Of a DNA stretch of 64,000 nucleotides, positions 46,012 to 56,172 are shown piece after piece (position 1 is the stretch's first letter; each line of letters starts with the position of its first letter). The translations under genes were made by a program, and so were the position numbers. The stretch is from a virus. Where the stretch lies: positions 1 through 64,000 of the IMG/VR virus record IMGVR_UViG_3300022752_005671; one strand, given 5' to 3'. The notes under the pieces were generated by a model, which saw nothing but the letters and a program-made list of their open reading frames with translations, searched no databases and was not told the DNA's origin.

Positions 46012-46123
46012 AAGTTTTTTATATTAACAATCTAACGAATGTTTCATTTTTTAAAAATAGAAAAACAAACAGGAGGCGTAAACGTTTCTGGAAAATATGT
46101 TAATGAATTTTCATTTCCTATTA

Positions 46124-46813
46124 CTATTCTTTCAGGATGAGCTTCCGGGGGTAAATAATAAAACTGTTATGCTTTTTTAAGTTAGAAACTTGACACACCA
46201 TATCTGAAAAATCTTTTGGAGAATAAACTCTTTGACCGTTAAGTTCAATTCTAGAAGTTATCGCTGTCGGAACTCCAGTTATTAAGAAACCATCATCCTT
46301 TAAAACCCTGCAAAATTCTTTAATTCCTTTTTGATCTCCGTAATAATCTAGAGTGTCTCCATATCTTCCTAATCCAAAATGTTCAATCGCATGTAATGAA
46401 GTTATAACATCAAAAGTTTCTTTTTCAAATGGAAGATTTTGAGCTTCTCCTGAAAATCCTTTCAAGTTACAAATGTTTTGTACATTTAAATTTAATCCTT
46501 CAAATCTTGGCTCTAGGTACGTTACTTCAAAGAAAGAAGCAGCAAACGAAATAAAAGAAAATTGACTTCCAACGTCTAACAGCTTATTAAGATTACTATT
46601 AGAAACTCTAATTTCTAATAAAACCTTTTGAGCAACTAAGTGCATCATTGCATAAGTCCAATCAATAGAGATTGAACTTGTAGAAAAAGAAACTTTCTTT
46701 TTTTCTATGTTTTCTTGAAATATATCATTGAATTTTTCATGATTTTTTTTAGTTTCAAGAAACTTTTCAAGATAATCATAATATTCGTCCTCGTTAAACA
46801 TGGATGATATCAT
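46124..46813 (-). CDS. SAM-dependent methyltransferase (DUF268-like); C-terminus probably continues in the -1 frame to 46044
   Basis: LLDVGS; FDVITSLHAIEHFGLGRYGD...GD; RVLKDDG; a C5 tract near the 3' end opens a 34-codon alternative frame. Confidence 0.8.
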   Translation of the reverse strand: MISSMFNEDEYYDYLEKFLETKKNHEKFNDIFQENIEKKKVSFSTSSISIDWTYAMMHLVAQKVLLEIRVSNSNLNKLLDVGSQFSFISFAASFFEVTYLEPRFEGLNLNVQNICNLKGFSGEAQNLPFEKETFDVITSLHAIEHFGLGRYGDTLDYYGDQKGIKEFCRVLKDDGFLITGVPTAITSRIELNGQRVYSPKDFSDMVCQVSNLKKHNSFIIYPRKLILKE

Positions 46814-47748
46814 AGTTCAGTCCAATCTTCAGGTTTAGCGCTTTCTGGTCTAATCGGGTTCTTTAACCAATTTCCATTTGCATCAACTGGCTTTTTAAAT
46901 CCTATCGGAGACGCAACTTCTTCGATCGGGTTTGGTTTGGTCGTGTCAAATTTATTTTGATTGATGTATTCATAATATTTCCACTTTGTTTCATCTTTAG
47001 CTTCCCAATATGACCCATATCTTCTGTTTCCTCTAACACGACCTTGCGTTCCTCTAGCGTCCGTATAAATTGCTATTGCTTGAGGAACTGCAGGTATTGC
47101 AGTTACATATCTTGGAAGCTTTCCTTGCGATATTAGCCCATTTATTCTGTGTCTCATTTCATTTTCTGAGTCCATTCCTCCTTCATGATTTAAGTTTCTT
47201 TCGTGCCAAGGAGAAACTTGTTCAATGACTTTTCTACTAAAAAAAGCGTCGCCCGCAAAACTGACTGGGTCTCTTGAAAGATCTGCAAAAAATTTATTTT
47301 GGCAGAACAAAGGAATTCTATCTTCAGGAAAAGGTTTGATTACATTTGCTTTATGAGTAATTTTTCTTTGTGCGTCCAAAGTAATACTACCGACGACGTC
47401 TAAATTTTTTTCATAAAAACTTATGACGTCGTCCACCCACCCATCTAAAACAAACTGCATGTCACCTTGCAACATGCATAGATAATCTCCAGTTGACTCA
47501 GAAACAATTGTGTTTAATCCTATTGCAAACTCATTAGCAAAATTTCTTTCTAATTTTCTAATGACTTTGATTCCTCTATTTTGTATTTCTTCAAGATATT
47601 CTTTTGTTCCAGGTTCAACAGAAGCATTATCAACAACAATTACTTCTTTATTGTCGTAGAGTTTTGTAGTGTCCAATAAAGATTCTAAACAACTTTTTAA
47701 ATAGAAAAGACGATTACAATTGATTATTCCAAAAGTTACTTTCTTCAT
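46810..47748 (-). CDS. GT-A (GT2-like) glycosyltransferase
   Basis: IINCNRLFYLKSCLESL; EVIVVDNAS; LNTIV...GDYLCMLQGD. Confidence 0.85.
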   Translation of the reverse strand: MKKVTFGIINCNRLFYLKSCLESLLDTTKLYDNKEVIVVDNASVEPGTKEYLEEIQNRGIKVIRKLERNFANEFAIGLNTIVSESTGDYLCMLQGDMQFVLDGWVDDVISFYEKNLDVVGSITLDAQRKITHKANVIKPFPEDRIPLFCQNKFFADLSRDPVSFAGDAFFSRKVIEQVSPWHERNLNHEGGMDSENEMRHRINGLISQGKLPRYVTAIPAVPQAIAIYTDARGTQGRVRGNRRYGSYWEAKDETKWKYYEYINQNKFDTTKPNPIEEVASPIGFKKPVDANGNWLKNPIRPESAKPEDWTEL

Positions 47749-48779
47749 TTTGAAGATTCTATAATTTCATTTAAAATTGTTTTTAAATTTTTTGTTATTT
47801 TCCAGCTTGGATAATCAGATTTGAATTTACTCATATTTGAAATATAACAAATATGATCTCCTATTCTTGGTGAATCTGATAGCGTATAATTTAGAGTATG
47901 TCCCATGTCGTCTAGTTCTTTTATTATTTCTAGAATTGATGCGCTGTTTTGTCGACATCCTCCAATGTTGTAAACTTCTCCTGGTTTTGGAGATTTTAAG
48001 AATTCATGAAATGCAGTGCAAACGTCGTATGAATGAATCTGATCCCTAACTTGTTTTCCTTTATAGCCATAAATCGTATAATGCTTTTTTTGAACAGCAC
48101 ATTTTACAATATAAGATAAGAACCCATGCAATTCAACGCCTGCATGTTGAGGACCTGTCAGACATCCTCCGCGAAATATTCCAATTGGCATATTAAAATA
48201 CCTAGCATATTCTTGTGCTAAAAGATCGCCTGCGGTTTTTGAAACTCCAAATAAAGAATGAGTCGTTTGATCGATCGACATTTTTTCATCAATTCCGTTT
48301 TCAAACGCTGAATCAGCATAGTCATATCTAAATTCTTTTTCTACAAGATTTAGCTTGTTGGGGGTATCCCCATAAACTTTGTTAGTGCTGACGTGAATGA
48401 ACGGAGATTCTGGACATAATAATCTAGCAGCTTCTAATATGTTTAAAGTTCCTGTTGCATTAGTATGAAAATCATCATGAGGAATTCTTGCAGCTAGATC
48501 ATGCGAAGGTTGTGCAGCAGTATGAACGATGAAAGATGGTTTATATTTTGAAAATATTTCTTTTATTTTTTCTAAATCTCTAATGTCACAAAATTCATGA
48601 ACGTAGTTTTTATTTTCGCATAATTCTTTTGTAACATGAGAAGTATCTCCAGAAATTCCGAAGAATTGCTTTCTCATATTATTGTCTATTCCTATAACTT
48701 GATAATTTAATTTAAGAAAATGTTTTGAAACTTCAGAACCTATTAATCCAGATGAACCAGTAATTAAAACTTTTTTCAT
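47745..48779 (-). CDS. NAD-dependent epimerase, CDP-paratose 2-epimerase (RfbE)-like
   Basis: ITGSSGLIG; HTAAQPSHD; HVSTNKVYG; HSLFGVSK; FRGGCLTGP; GKQVRD. Confidence 0.85.
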   Translation of the reverse strand: MKKVLITGSSGLIGSEVSKHFLKLNYQVIGIDNNMRKQFFGISGDTSHVTKELCENKNYVHEFCDIRDLEKIKEIFSKYKPSFIVHTAAQPSHDLAARIPHDDFHTNATGTLNILEAARLLCPESPFIHVSTNKVYGDTPNKLNLVEKEFRYDYADSAFENGIDEKMSIDQTTHSLFGVSKTAGDLLAQEYARYFNMPIGIFRGGCLTGPQHAGVELHGFLSYIVKCAVQKKHYTIYGYKGKQVRDQIHSYDVCTAFHEFLKSPKPGEVYNIGGCRQNSASILEIIKELDDMGHTLNYTLSDSPRIGDHICYISNMSKFKSDYPSWKITKNLKTILNEIIESSK

Positions 48780-49243
48780 TTTTTTAAAACTTTTTTCATA
48801 TCAATGTTTATTGTATTTTTGTTACTTCCCAATTGAGTATAAGAATTTTTAGACAATTCTTCAAATCCAAGTTTTTTGTATAGAGATATAGCTCTAACAT
48901 TAAATTCTAAAACGCTTAAAAAAACAGTTTTTATATTTAATGTTAATAATTTTTCAAATAAAAGAGGATAAGCTATTTTCATATAGCCTTTTCCTCTATA
49001 GTCTTTGTGTAAATCTCCACCAACAAAACAGGAATTGTCAGTCCATTCTGAAGTTCTAAAATATCCAATTGGAGCGTTTTCTTTTTCTATTAAAAAAAAC
49101 TTTGGCTTTGTGTCATTAAACCATTTTTTACAGCTGTCAATAGAAAATTCAGATGCATTATGTAAAAAATCTTTGCATTCGTTTCTTACTTCTACTAAAA
49201 AATTTAAATCTTTTTCTTGTAAATCTCGTAGAGTAATTGTCAT
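48776..49243 (-). CDS. GNAT N-acetyltransferase
   Basis: DLHKDYRGKGY acetyl-CoA loop; NVRAISLYKKLGF; coupled to the aminotransferase (TAATG). Confidence 0.88.
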   Translation of the reverse strand: MTITLRDLQEKDLNFLVEVRNECKDFLHNASEFSIDSCKKWFNDTKPKFFLIEKENAPIGYFRTSEWTDNSCFVGGDLHKDYRGKGYMKIAYPLLFEKLLTLNIKTVFLSVLEFNVRAISLYKKLGFEELSKNSYTQLGSNKNTINIDMKKVLKK

Positions 49244-50385
49244 TACCAACCCCTTTTAATACAATCAGCTATGTATTCTCTTTGTTCTTCAGAGATCCAC
49301 CAACCTACAGGGATTGAGATTAAGCGTTGTTCAACATTATCTAACGTTGGTAAAAACTTTTTATATTCAGCAACGCAAGTATGCGTATCATTTCTAGCAT
49401 GAACTTGAGACACTGTTATTCCTTTGTCTGACATGTATCTCATAAAATCAGATTTCTTTTCAACCAGCATGCTATAAATCCAGAAAGATGATTCAAATCC
49501 TTCTTGCCTTTTTAATAACTTTACGCCATTAACATTGGATAATTCATGATCATAAAATGATGCATTGTTTTGATGAGTTTTTATTATACCATCAACTTGT
49601 TTTAAGTTTTCAATTCCAATAGTAGCGCATACATCATTCATGTGAAATTTAAATCCCCATTCCTTGATGTCAGCTTCGCATCTAAAGTCTTTTCTATTTG
49701 AAGTCCTATCAATTCCGTACCATCTTATTAGTTTCCCCCTGTCATAAAAATCTTGATTAGGACAAACTAAAAGTCCACCATCAACTGTAGTTAAGTGTTT
49801 AATTGCTTGAAAACTAAATGTGCAAAAATTTCCATGAGATCCGATAGGAGTTTTTTTGTACTTTGACCCAAAAGCATGTGCACAGTCTTCAATGATTGCC
49901 GGTTCAAATCCGTATAAAACTTTTGTCTCTTTTTGTATTTTTTTTAATTCATCCAAATCAACAGGATAACCGCCCCAATGAACGACCATTATGACTTTCG
50001 TTTTTGATGTTATTTTTCTTCTTAAATCAGTTAAGTCTAGATTTAAGGTTTCTGGATCTACGTCCACCCATTTAATTGCTAAATTATTAGCCAATATTGG
50101 CCAATTTGTTGCAGTACATGTTAAAGCAGTCGTTAAAACTTCATCTCCATCTTCTAGCCCGGGCCATCCTAGGGTAGGATTTGGTTTTTTTAAAAGATGA
50201 AATGCTAAATGTTCTGCTGACGTGGCTGAATTAACCGTTAAAACATGATCTTTTTGCAATCTTTTTGATAGTAAAAGTTCAAACTCATCTACTTTTGGTC
50301 CTTGTCCGATAAATCCAGAGTTTAGCGTTTCAGCTACTTTTCCTGAAGCGGTTTCTGACATGAAGACTTTAAAAAGTGGTATCAT
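49243..50385 (-). CDS. DegT/DnrJ/EryC1/StrS-family sugar aminotransferase
   Basis: GQGPKVDEFE; VNSATSA; VHWGG; IEDCAHAFG; FSFQAIKHLTTVDGG (PLP Lys). Confidence 0.92.
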   Translation of the reverse strand: MIPLFKVFMSETASGKVAETLNSGFIGQGPKVDEFELLLSKRLQKDHVLTVNSATSAEHLAFHLLKKPNPTLGWPGLEDGDEVLTTALTCTATNWPILANNLAIKWVDVDPETLNLDLTDLRRKITSKTKVIMVVHWGGYPVDLDELKKIQKETKVLYGFEPAIIEDCAHAFGSKYKKTPIGSHGNFCTFSFQAIKHLTTVDGGLLVCPNQDFYDRGKLIRWYGIDRTSNRKDFRCEADIKEWGFKFHMNDVCATIGIENLKQVDGIIKTHQNNASFYDHELSNVNGVKLLKRQEGFESSFWIYSMLVEKKSDFMRYMSDKGITVSQVHARNDTHTCVAEYKKFLPTLDNVEQRLISIPVGWWISEEQREYIADCIKRGW

Positions 50386-50422
50386 AAGTAATGAATTCCT
50401 TTAGCTTTGTTCGCGTTGTATC

Positions 50423-51388
50423 TCAATATTGTATTACACATTTGTCAATATTGTTTATTTTTGTTTCAATTGCGTTTTTTGCTTTTTTTACTAAAGCTTC
50501 TAACGTTAATTCTTCTGTTATCTTTTTAACGTTCATTTCTATTTTTTTATAATTGTCATTTTCTAGTAAATAATCTATTTTTGATTCTAACCTTTCAAAA
50601 TCTAAATCTTCACCTAAAGATGCATAATGTATGTCTTCTTCACAAGGCCAAGAAGTCAACTGTTGTTTGACTGAAACGACACATTTTCCTAAAACTAAAC
50701 ATTCATAAAATTTTCTTGATGACATACTTCCAGGTAAGTCGGGACAAATTTTTGAACGATTTAATAAATCATAAAATTGTTGTGATGATAATACGTCATC
50801 GAATAAAGCAAATTTTATATCCGGTCTTCTGCTTCTTATTTCTAATAATTTTTCATATCCTCTAGTAGCAGCACCGCATTGCCATTTTCTTATATCTCTA
50901 TTTTTTGGCCATGCATAAGGACGTTTGTTAGTATGTTTAAACCCTCCAGCAAAAAAAACATCAATGTCTTTTGGTTTTTCTACCCACTTGTTTTTTACTT
51001 CAAAAATCCTGCGAGGATCATTGCTGAATATTCCAATAGGATAAATGTCTTCTTTAAAAGGATAAAATTGATTATACTCTTGATCTGAGTTTACTTGAGA
51101 TTTTAAAATCATCATGTCATCTGGTCTATATGTTCGTTGAATATCAACCAATGTTGACCAAATGATTTTACAATCAGAAGGCGTTCCTCCGCAACCATCA
51201 TCAGCATCTAAAATAACGAGAAGCTTTTTACCGTTTTTTTCGCAAATGAATGAAGATAGGTTTTTACCCAATCTATGGGTACACATTTTTTCATCAAATG
51301 TAGCATTTTGAGCATTTAAAGATTTTAATAAAAAATCCTGAAATATCAAAATGTGATCTCTGTCATTTTTTCCGAATGATGTAATCAT
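50423..51388 (-). CDS. Putative glycosyltransferase (GT-B C-terminal-like)
   Basis: KDIDVFFAGG; FYDLLNRSKICPDLPG...RKFYECLVLG pattern; cluster context. Confidence 0.6.
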   Translation of the reverse strand: MITSFGKNDRDHILIFQDFLLKSLNAQNATFDEKMCTHRLGKNLSSFICEKNGKKLLVILDADDGCGGTPSDCKIIWSTLVDIQRTYRPDDMMILKSQVNSDQEYNQFYPFKEDIYPIGIFSNDPRRIFEVKNKWVEKPKDIDVFFAGGFKHTNKRPYAWPKNRDIRKWQCGAATRGYEKLLEIRSRRPDIKFALFDDVLSSQQFYDLLNRSKICPDLPGSMSSRKFYECLVLGKCVVSVKQQLTSWPCEEDIHYASLGEDLDFERLESKIDYLLENDNYKKIEMNVKKITEELTLEALVKKAKNAIETKINNIDKCVIQY

Positions 51389-52059
51389 TTTATTTCCTTC
51401 AACTTATGCCCAGTTTTGCTCATATCTAGCAACCCGATCCAGAATTCAGCAATGTATCTTTCTGGCTTTAAATCCAATCCTGACTTACTTTTCTTTGTTC
51501 GTCTCATTTCAACTAAGAAGTAAAAATCTTTTTTTGCATTATTTGGATGCGGAAGATTTCTAATATGTTTTGAAGTTGACCACCAAAAATTTCCTGAAAA
51601 ATGCCACGGGAATTTTCCTTTTGCTTCATAAGGCATTGACAGCAATGTTCCTGCTGCATGGTATTCATTTAAACAAGATAAACACTCTTCATGTTTATCA
51701 ACTACTACATCCAACATTTTGCTTCTCCACTCATTTCCTCCGCTAGTTAATCCTTTAAGATGAAGATACAAGACTGAAAAATTTTCATTAGTTGAATCAC
51801 AATCTTCTTTCATTCTAGATAAAGTTGGAAATTCATAGTCATCAAATTTTTTATTCGTTTCTATTATTCTACATTTTTCGTATTTTATAACGTCAAATTC
51901 TTTTTTTTCATCAGTTCCACAAAGTACTATTCTAATTTCTTCAAGTTTATTGAACAACTTACTTTTGAAAATTCTATAATAAATCTCTTCAAAAATCTTA
52001 ATAGAATTTTGAGAATTTTTATTATCAATCATGTAATGAATGTAACAATAACTTTTCAT
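51385..52059 (-). CDS. Glycan-cluster protein of unknown function (possible transferase)
   Basis: YEFPTL; VLYLHLKG; HFSGNFWW; RYIAEFWIG; no firm family. Confidence 0.5.
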   Translation of the reverse strand: MKSYCYIHYMIDNKNSQNSIKIFEEIYYRIFKSKLFNKLEEIRIVLCGTDEKKEFDVIKYEKCRIIETNKKFDDYEFPTLSRMKEDCDSTNENFSVLYLHLKGLTSGGNEWRSKMLDVVVDKHEECLSCLNEYHAAGTLLSMPYEAKGKFPWHFSGNFWWSTSKHIRNLPHPNNAKKDFYFLVEMRRTKKSKSGLDLKPERYIAEFWIGLLDMSKTGHKLKEIK

Positions 52060-53027
52060 TTAATCTGTTTTTTAATCCAAGAGTATGTTTTTTCTAATCC
52101 GTCTTTTAAGCTTGTTGATGGTTTCCAACCAAGCTTTTCTAAAATTAAATTATTATCAGAATTTCTTCCTCTTACGCCGACAGGACCTTGAATGTTTTTT
52201 ACGTTTATATTTTTGTTTGCAATGTTTGAAATAATTTCGACAAGTTGATTTATTTTTACCATTTCTTCGGACCCAATATTAACTGGTCCTTCAAATTCAG
52301 AATTCATCAAACGTCGAACCGCTTCAATACATTCATCAATGTACAAGAAAGATCTAGTTTGTTGACCATCTCCCCATACTTCGATTGTGCCGCCATTTTC
52401 ACACTCTGCAATTTTTCTGCATAATGCAGCAGGCGCTTTTTCTTTTCCACCTTTCCATGTACCTTCTGGCCCAAAAATGTTGTGAAAGCGTGCTACACGG
52501 ATTGACAACCCATAATTTCTAGCAAAAGAGAAATATAATCTTTCGCTGAATAACTTCTCCCATCCGTACTCACTATCTGGTGCTGCTGGGTAAGCAGAAC
52601 TTTCTGCACACATGGGATTCTCTGGATCTTCTTGGTTGTATGCGGGATAAATGCAAGCTGAAGAAGAATAAAAAATTTTGGGTGGAGTTTTAAATTTTGA
52701 AGCAGTATGAGCAACATTCAGATTTATTGTTGCAGAATTATGCATGACGTCTGCGTCATGCTCTCCAGTAAAAATATATCCTGCACCACCCATATCTGCA
52801 GCAAGCTGATATACTTCATCAAATGTAGTAAAGTCTTTTAATGTAAGACTTTTTTTTACTGTTTCAACATCTCTTAAATCTCCTATTAAAAATTCATCAG
52901 CTTCTGTCTTAGAAAATTCAGGATGTTTTAAGTCAACGGCTCTAACCCAGTAACCTTCTGACTTAAGACGTTTAACTAAATGAGAACCAATAAACCCGCC
53001 TGCTCCACAAACTAATGCTTTTTTCAT
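52056..53027 (-). CDS. NAD-dependent epimerase, GDP-mannose 3,5-epimerase-like
   Basis: GAGGFIGSHL; YQLAADMGGAGYI; YSSSACIYP; PDSEYGWEKLFSE; KEKAPAALCRK; GVRGRNSDN. Confidence 0.9.
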   Translation of the reverse strand: MKKALVCGAGGFIGSHLVKRLKSEGYWVRAVDLKHPEFSKTEADEFLIGDLRDVETVKKSLTLKDFTTFDEVYQLAADMGGAGYIFTGEHDADVMHNSATINLNVAHTASKFKTPPKIFYSSSACIYPAYNQEDPENPMCAESSAYPAAPDSEYGWEKLFSERLYFSFARNYGLSIRVARFHNIFGPEGTWKGGKEKAPAALCRKIAECENGGTIEVWGDGQQTRSFLYIDECIEAVRRLMNSEFEGPVNIGSEEMVKINQLVEIISNIANKNINVKNIQGPVGVRGRNSDNNLILEKLGWKPSTSLKDGLEKTYSWIKKQIK

Positions 53028-53038
53028 ATTTGCTCCAT

Positions 53039-53171
53039 TTAATAATTGTTCAGAGATATCATTGCAATGACTTTTTTTACTTTCTTAGCAAGAATATTAG
53101 TTGACCAACCTTTATAAATTTCCAATTCCTTCTAAACTTTTACAATCAGAATCTGTTGAAAAATAAGTCAT
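53039..53171 (-). pseudogene. Possible decayed methyltransferase fragment
   Basis: ATG 53171 (ATGA-coupled) gives only 19 codons; another frame reads LEIYKGWSTNILAKKVKKVIAM, reminiscent of LEIGxGxST..LA...KKVxAxE. Confidence 0.25.
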
Positions 53172-53863
53172 ATTAGATTTAACCTTTTAAATTCATTTAT
53201 CCAAATATCAATAGTTTTATCATAACTTAAATGAATAAAGTCAGAAAAAAGATTCTCTTTTGTTTTTCCTTGTTCATCTACTAGACTATTATAAATGGAA
53301 ATATATGGAATACAATCTTTATCACATAAAGATTTGTGAAAGTCATCCCAATGTTTTGATATTTTGTTTCTAATTTCAGAAGTTCCTGAAACATTGTATC
53401 GTTGTTCATCAATAGGCATTAATTTTTTTATTGATTCATCACATAAACTTGGCAAAGCGCCTATCACTCCAACATTTTTTACGTTATTCTTTAAATCAAT
53501 GATTGATCTATGATATCTGCTAACACATTCTTCTACAACATTTTGATATGTTCTATCTTTTGAAACATACTTTGGTAAATGAACTCTACAATCAATTTCT
53601 CCAACAAACATTAGAATAAATGACTCATCATTAAAAAATGATGAGTGATCATTCATTAATGAATAAATTTTATGAAGATGATGTTCATAAAAGTTATAAG
53701 CAAGAACTGGGCCTAAAAACCAAGTTCTAAAAGGTAAATCTGGGTTTATGTCTGTAAATGATCTTCCTCTAGGCTTTTCTTTTTGTTTTGAAACCTTATT
53801 ACCGCATGGCGGCGCGCCCGTTAACGTAGCTGCATGACTATTACCAAAAACTTCAAATATCAT
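53168..53863 (-). CDS. SGNH/GDSL hydrolase-like protein
   Basis: FGNSHA (block I Ser); GEIDCR; DFIHL (Asp-x-x-His). Confidence 0.75.
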   Translation of the reverse strand: MIFEVFGNSHAATLTGAPPCGNKVSKQKEKPRGRSFTDINPDLPFRTWFLGPVLAYNFYEHHLHKIYSLMNDHSSFFNDESFILMFVGEIDCRVHLPKYVSKDRTYQNVVEECVSRYHRSIIDLKNNVKNVGVIGALPSLCDESIKKLMPIDEQRYNVSGTSEIRNKISKHWDDFHKSLCDKDCIPYISIYNSLVDEQGKTKENLFSDFIHLSYDKTIDIWINEFKRLNLI

Positions 53864-54672
53864 TTTGAATTAACCAAATATTTTGCGCTTTCTATACAGT
53901 TGGTCTTAGCATCGTGACCATAACAGTGATGATCAAACCATTCTTGCGTGTCCTTTATTGGAATTTTATGTTTATCTAATGTATAACAAACTGCCGTTTG
54001 TTCACTAGCATTCCAGGTTTTTGCTTTTAACCCCGGAGCTTCAGGGAACTTGCTGACTGAAGATATGTCAACATTCGCCAATTTATTACAAACTTCTGGA
54101 ATATCTCTTAAGCATTCGATCCATTTTTGTGTGCAACCTAAAGTCCCTGCATTCCATATGGGAAAATCTGTTTTTCCTAGCGCGGTTTGAGCAGCGTATT
54201 TTTCACCCCAATAGTCTCTTCCATTATTACAATTTCTTTCAAACTTCCACATAAATGCTCCGTCATGTTGTAGGAGGTCATCTATTGGTTTTTTACAAGT
54301 TAAATCATTATCTAACTTTAGAAATCCGCAATCTTTATTGATGTAATGTTGGACAACTTCAACCAATGGCCAAAATCCATATTCATGTTTATTCATCCAA
54401 GATACAATCAAATCTTTATCTTGAATCAAGTTTAAATTTTCAAGCGAAACAGCATATTTTTTCATTTTTGAATATAGAAAATCTTTATCATCTGTCAAGA
54501 TTTGATATTCTAAATTTGGATTATGGTGTAAAAATGTTGCAACTGATGCTGACGTATATTCAAATATAAAATTTTTATCTACATAGGCTTTTTTTGCCCA
54601 ATGACGACCTGAAGTTTCAAGAGATTTAATGTTATAGTCGAAGACAAGGCTGAAAATATTAAAGTTTTTCAT
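53860..54672 (-). CDS. Putative GT-A-like glycosyltransferase
   Basis: LKLDND DxD-like motif; IWNAGTLG; cluster context. Confidence 0.5.
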   Translation of the reverse strand: MKNFNIFSLVFDYNIKSLETSGRHWAKKAYVDKNFIFEYTSASVATFLHHNPNLEYQILTDDKDFLYSKMKKYAVSLENLNLIQDKDLIVSWMNKHEYGFWPLVEVVQHYINKDCGFLKLDNDLTCKKPIDDLLQHDGAFMWKFERNCNNGRDYWGEKYAAQTALGKTDFPIWNAGTLGCTQKWIECLRDIPEVCNKLANVDISSVSKFPEAPGLKAKTWNASEQTAVCYTLDKHKIPIKDTQEWFDHHCYGHDAKTNCIESAKYLVNSK

Positions 54673-55397
54673 CTGATTCTTATGCCTCTTATCTTAGGGT
54701 TTATGTTGTAAGTTAAAAATAGATTTTTCATAATTTCTGGGTATTCGTCAACGTTCCATTGCCCTTTGTTAATAGCTGTGCAAACGTAAGGATAAACTTT
54801 AGAATCATAATGAGCTTTTCCTATTTTTGGTTCTCCATTATAAATTAAAGTTCCTTTTATTCCTATTTCTCTAGCACCAGAATTCCATGACTCTGACTCC
54901 AACCACTTTTGAGATTTTACATGCTCATAAAGTTTTTTTAATGATTGTTTTTTCCATAAAGTAACTTGCATGGAAAATGCATCCGCTGTGTTCATATGAA
55001 CTTCATAAATGTCATCTTTAACATGCATGTCAAGAGGAGTTTGATATCCACATCTGATTAATCTAACATAATCATAACTGGATTCTTCAAGAAATTGTTG
55101 ATATCTTTTTATTGACTCATAATCAATTTCTGAAAATAGAATGAAGTCTTCTTGGGAATAAATTACAAAATTTTCTTTAACCGATTCTAGACATCCCAAA
55201 TATTGTTTCCAATAAGGATCTAAATTTGAATAAGTGATTAGTTCATGATCTTTATATGTCCAAACTGGAATTGACTCTTCATCTGAAAATGCATAACTTT
55301 TCATCTTCGAAGCATTAATGCTTAATTGACCGAAATGCATAGGCCAAACATCTGAATATTTTGATGTTGTGTATGTTATTATTGAAACGTCTTTCAT
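54669..55397 (-). CDS. Putative GT-A-like glycosyltransferase
   Basis: FVIYSQEDFIL; SMQVTLWKK; cluster context. Confidence 0.5.
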   Translation of the reverse strand: MKDVSIITYTTSKYSDVWPMHFGQLSINASKMKSYAFSDEESIPVWTYKDHELITYSNLDPYWKQYLGCLESVKENFVIYSQEDFILFSEIDYESIKRYQQFLEESSYDYVRLIRCGYQTPLDMHVKDDIYEVHMNTADAFSMQVTLWKKQSLKKLYEHVKSQKWLESESWNSGAREIGIKGTLIYNGEPKIGKAHYDSKVYPYVCTAINKGQWNVDEYPEIMKNLFLTYNINPKIRGIRIR

Positions 55398-55404
55398 AAA
55401 AAAA

Positions 55405-56172
55405 TCATTTATTTGTAGTTAGGTTTTCTAGTCTTCCTATTTTTCTAAGTTCTCTTAAATCATCTAACCCATCATCATTATTAGGAAGCTTTTTATAAGA
55501 AGTTGATCTATATGGAATTTCATTTATATTAGGATGTTCAACATAATAGTAAGTTGCAAGAGAGATTCTATAATTGTTATCTGGGCACGATAATGGATGA
55601 GGGTGTCCATGATTTGAACCCATGTCTGTTCTAAAAATAACAGCTCTATTAAAAATCGGAGAAATTTTTTGGCACAAATTCTTCATGTCTTTATCCCATA
55701 ATTCTAAGTGCCCGCCCCATTCTTCTTGCCAGTTTTCATTAAGATATAAAATTAAATTAACTTTTCTTAACATCATTAATTCTTTATGAATATTGTAATC
55801 TTCATGTACATCTAGCTTTCCTCCTTTTTTTATAAGATGTAATCCTCCTCCATTTAAGCTTGGGTCTGATTTTAATCTTTTTATTTTTGTTAATGAAGTT
55901 AACCAATTTAAAAATTCTTGAGAATTAACTAAAGAAAAATAATCAAAAAAGTTATCATTTAGCTCTTCAATTTTATTAAAAGCTAATTTTTTCTCCAACG
56001 GATTATCATACATCCACCACAATTTTTCATTGGGGCTAGGGAAATTTTGTCTTAATTTTTTTGCAAAATCATCAACTAAAAAATTATCAATTATAATGTG
56101 ATCAAATGGCGAAGATGATACAAATTTAGCAGATAGATCTTCTACATTAAATTTGTTAATTAAATTTTTCAC
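55405..56172 (-). CDS. 2OG-Fe(II) oxygenase (prolyl-hydroxylase-like clade)
   Basis: PFDHIIIDNFL; GGGLH...LDVHED (HxD); RKVNLILYLN; GGHLELW; PIFNRAVIF; HGHP; RISLATYYY. Confidence 0.9.
   Translation of the reverse strand: MKNLINKFNVEDLSAKFVSSSPFDHIIIDNFLVDDFAKKLRQNFPSPNEKLWWMYDNPLEKKLAFNKIEELNDNFFDYFSLVNSQEFLNWLTSLTKIKRLKSDPSLNGGGLHLIKKGGKLDVHEDYNIHKELMMLRKVNLILYLNENWQEEWGGHLELWDKDMKNLCQKISPIFNRAVIFRTDMGSNHGHPHPLSCPDNNYRISLATYYYVEHPNINEIPYRSTSYKKLPNNDDGLDDLRELRKIGRLENLTTNK

Noticed and set aside
46070-46090. Imperfect hairpin CAGGAGGCG-TAAA-CGTTTCTG as a terminator
   Set aside because: Pairs mainly by G-U on the non-coding strand; the region is better explained as the -1 frame coding extension.
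55405-56172. TET/JBP base-hydroxylating dioxygenase
   Set aside because: The motif spacing fits the prolyl-hydroxylase-like 2OG clade, not TET/JBP.
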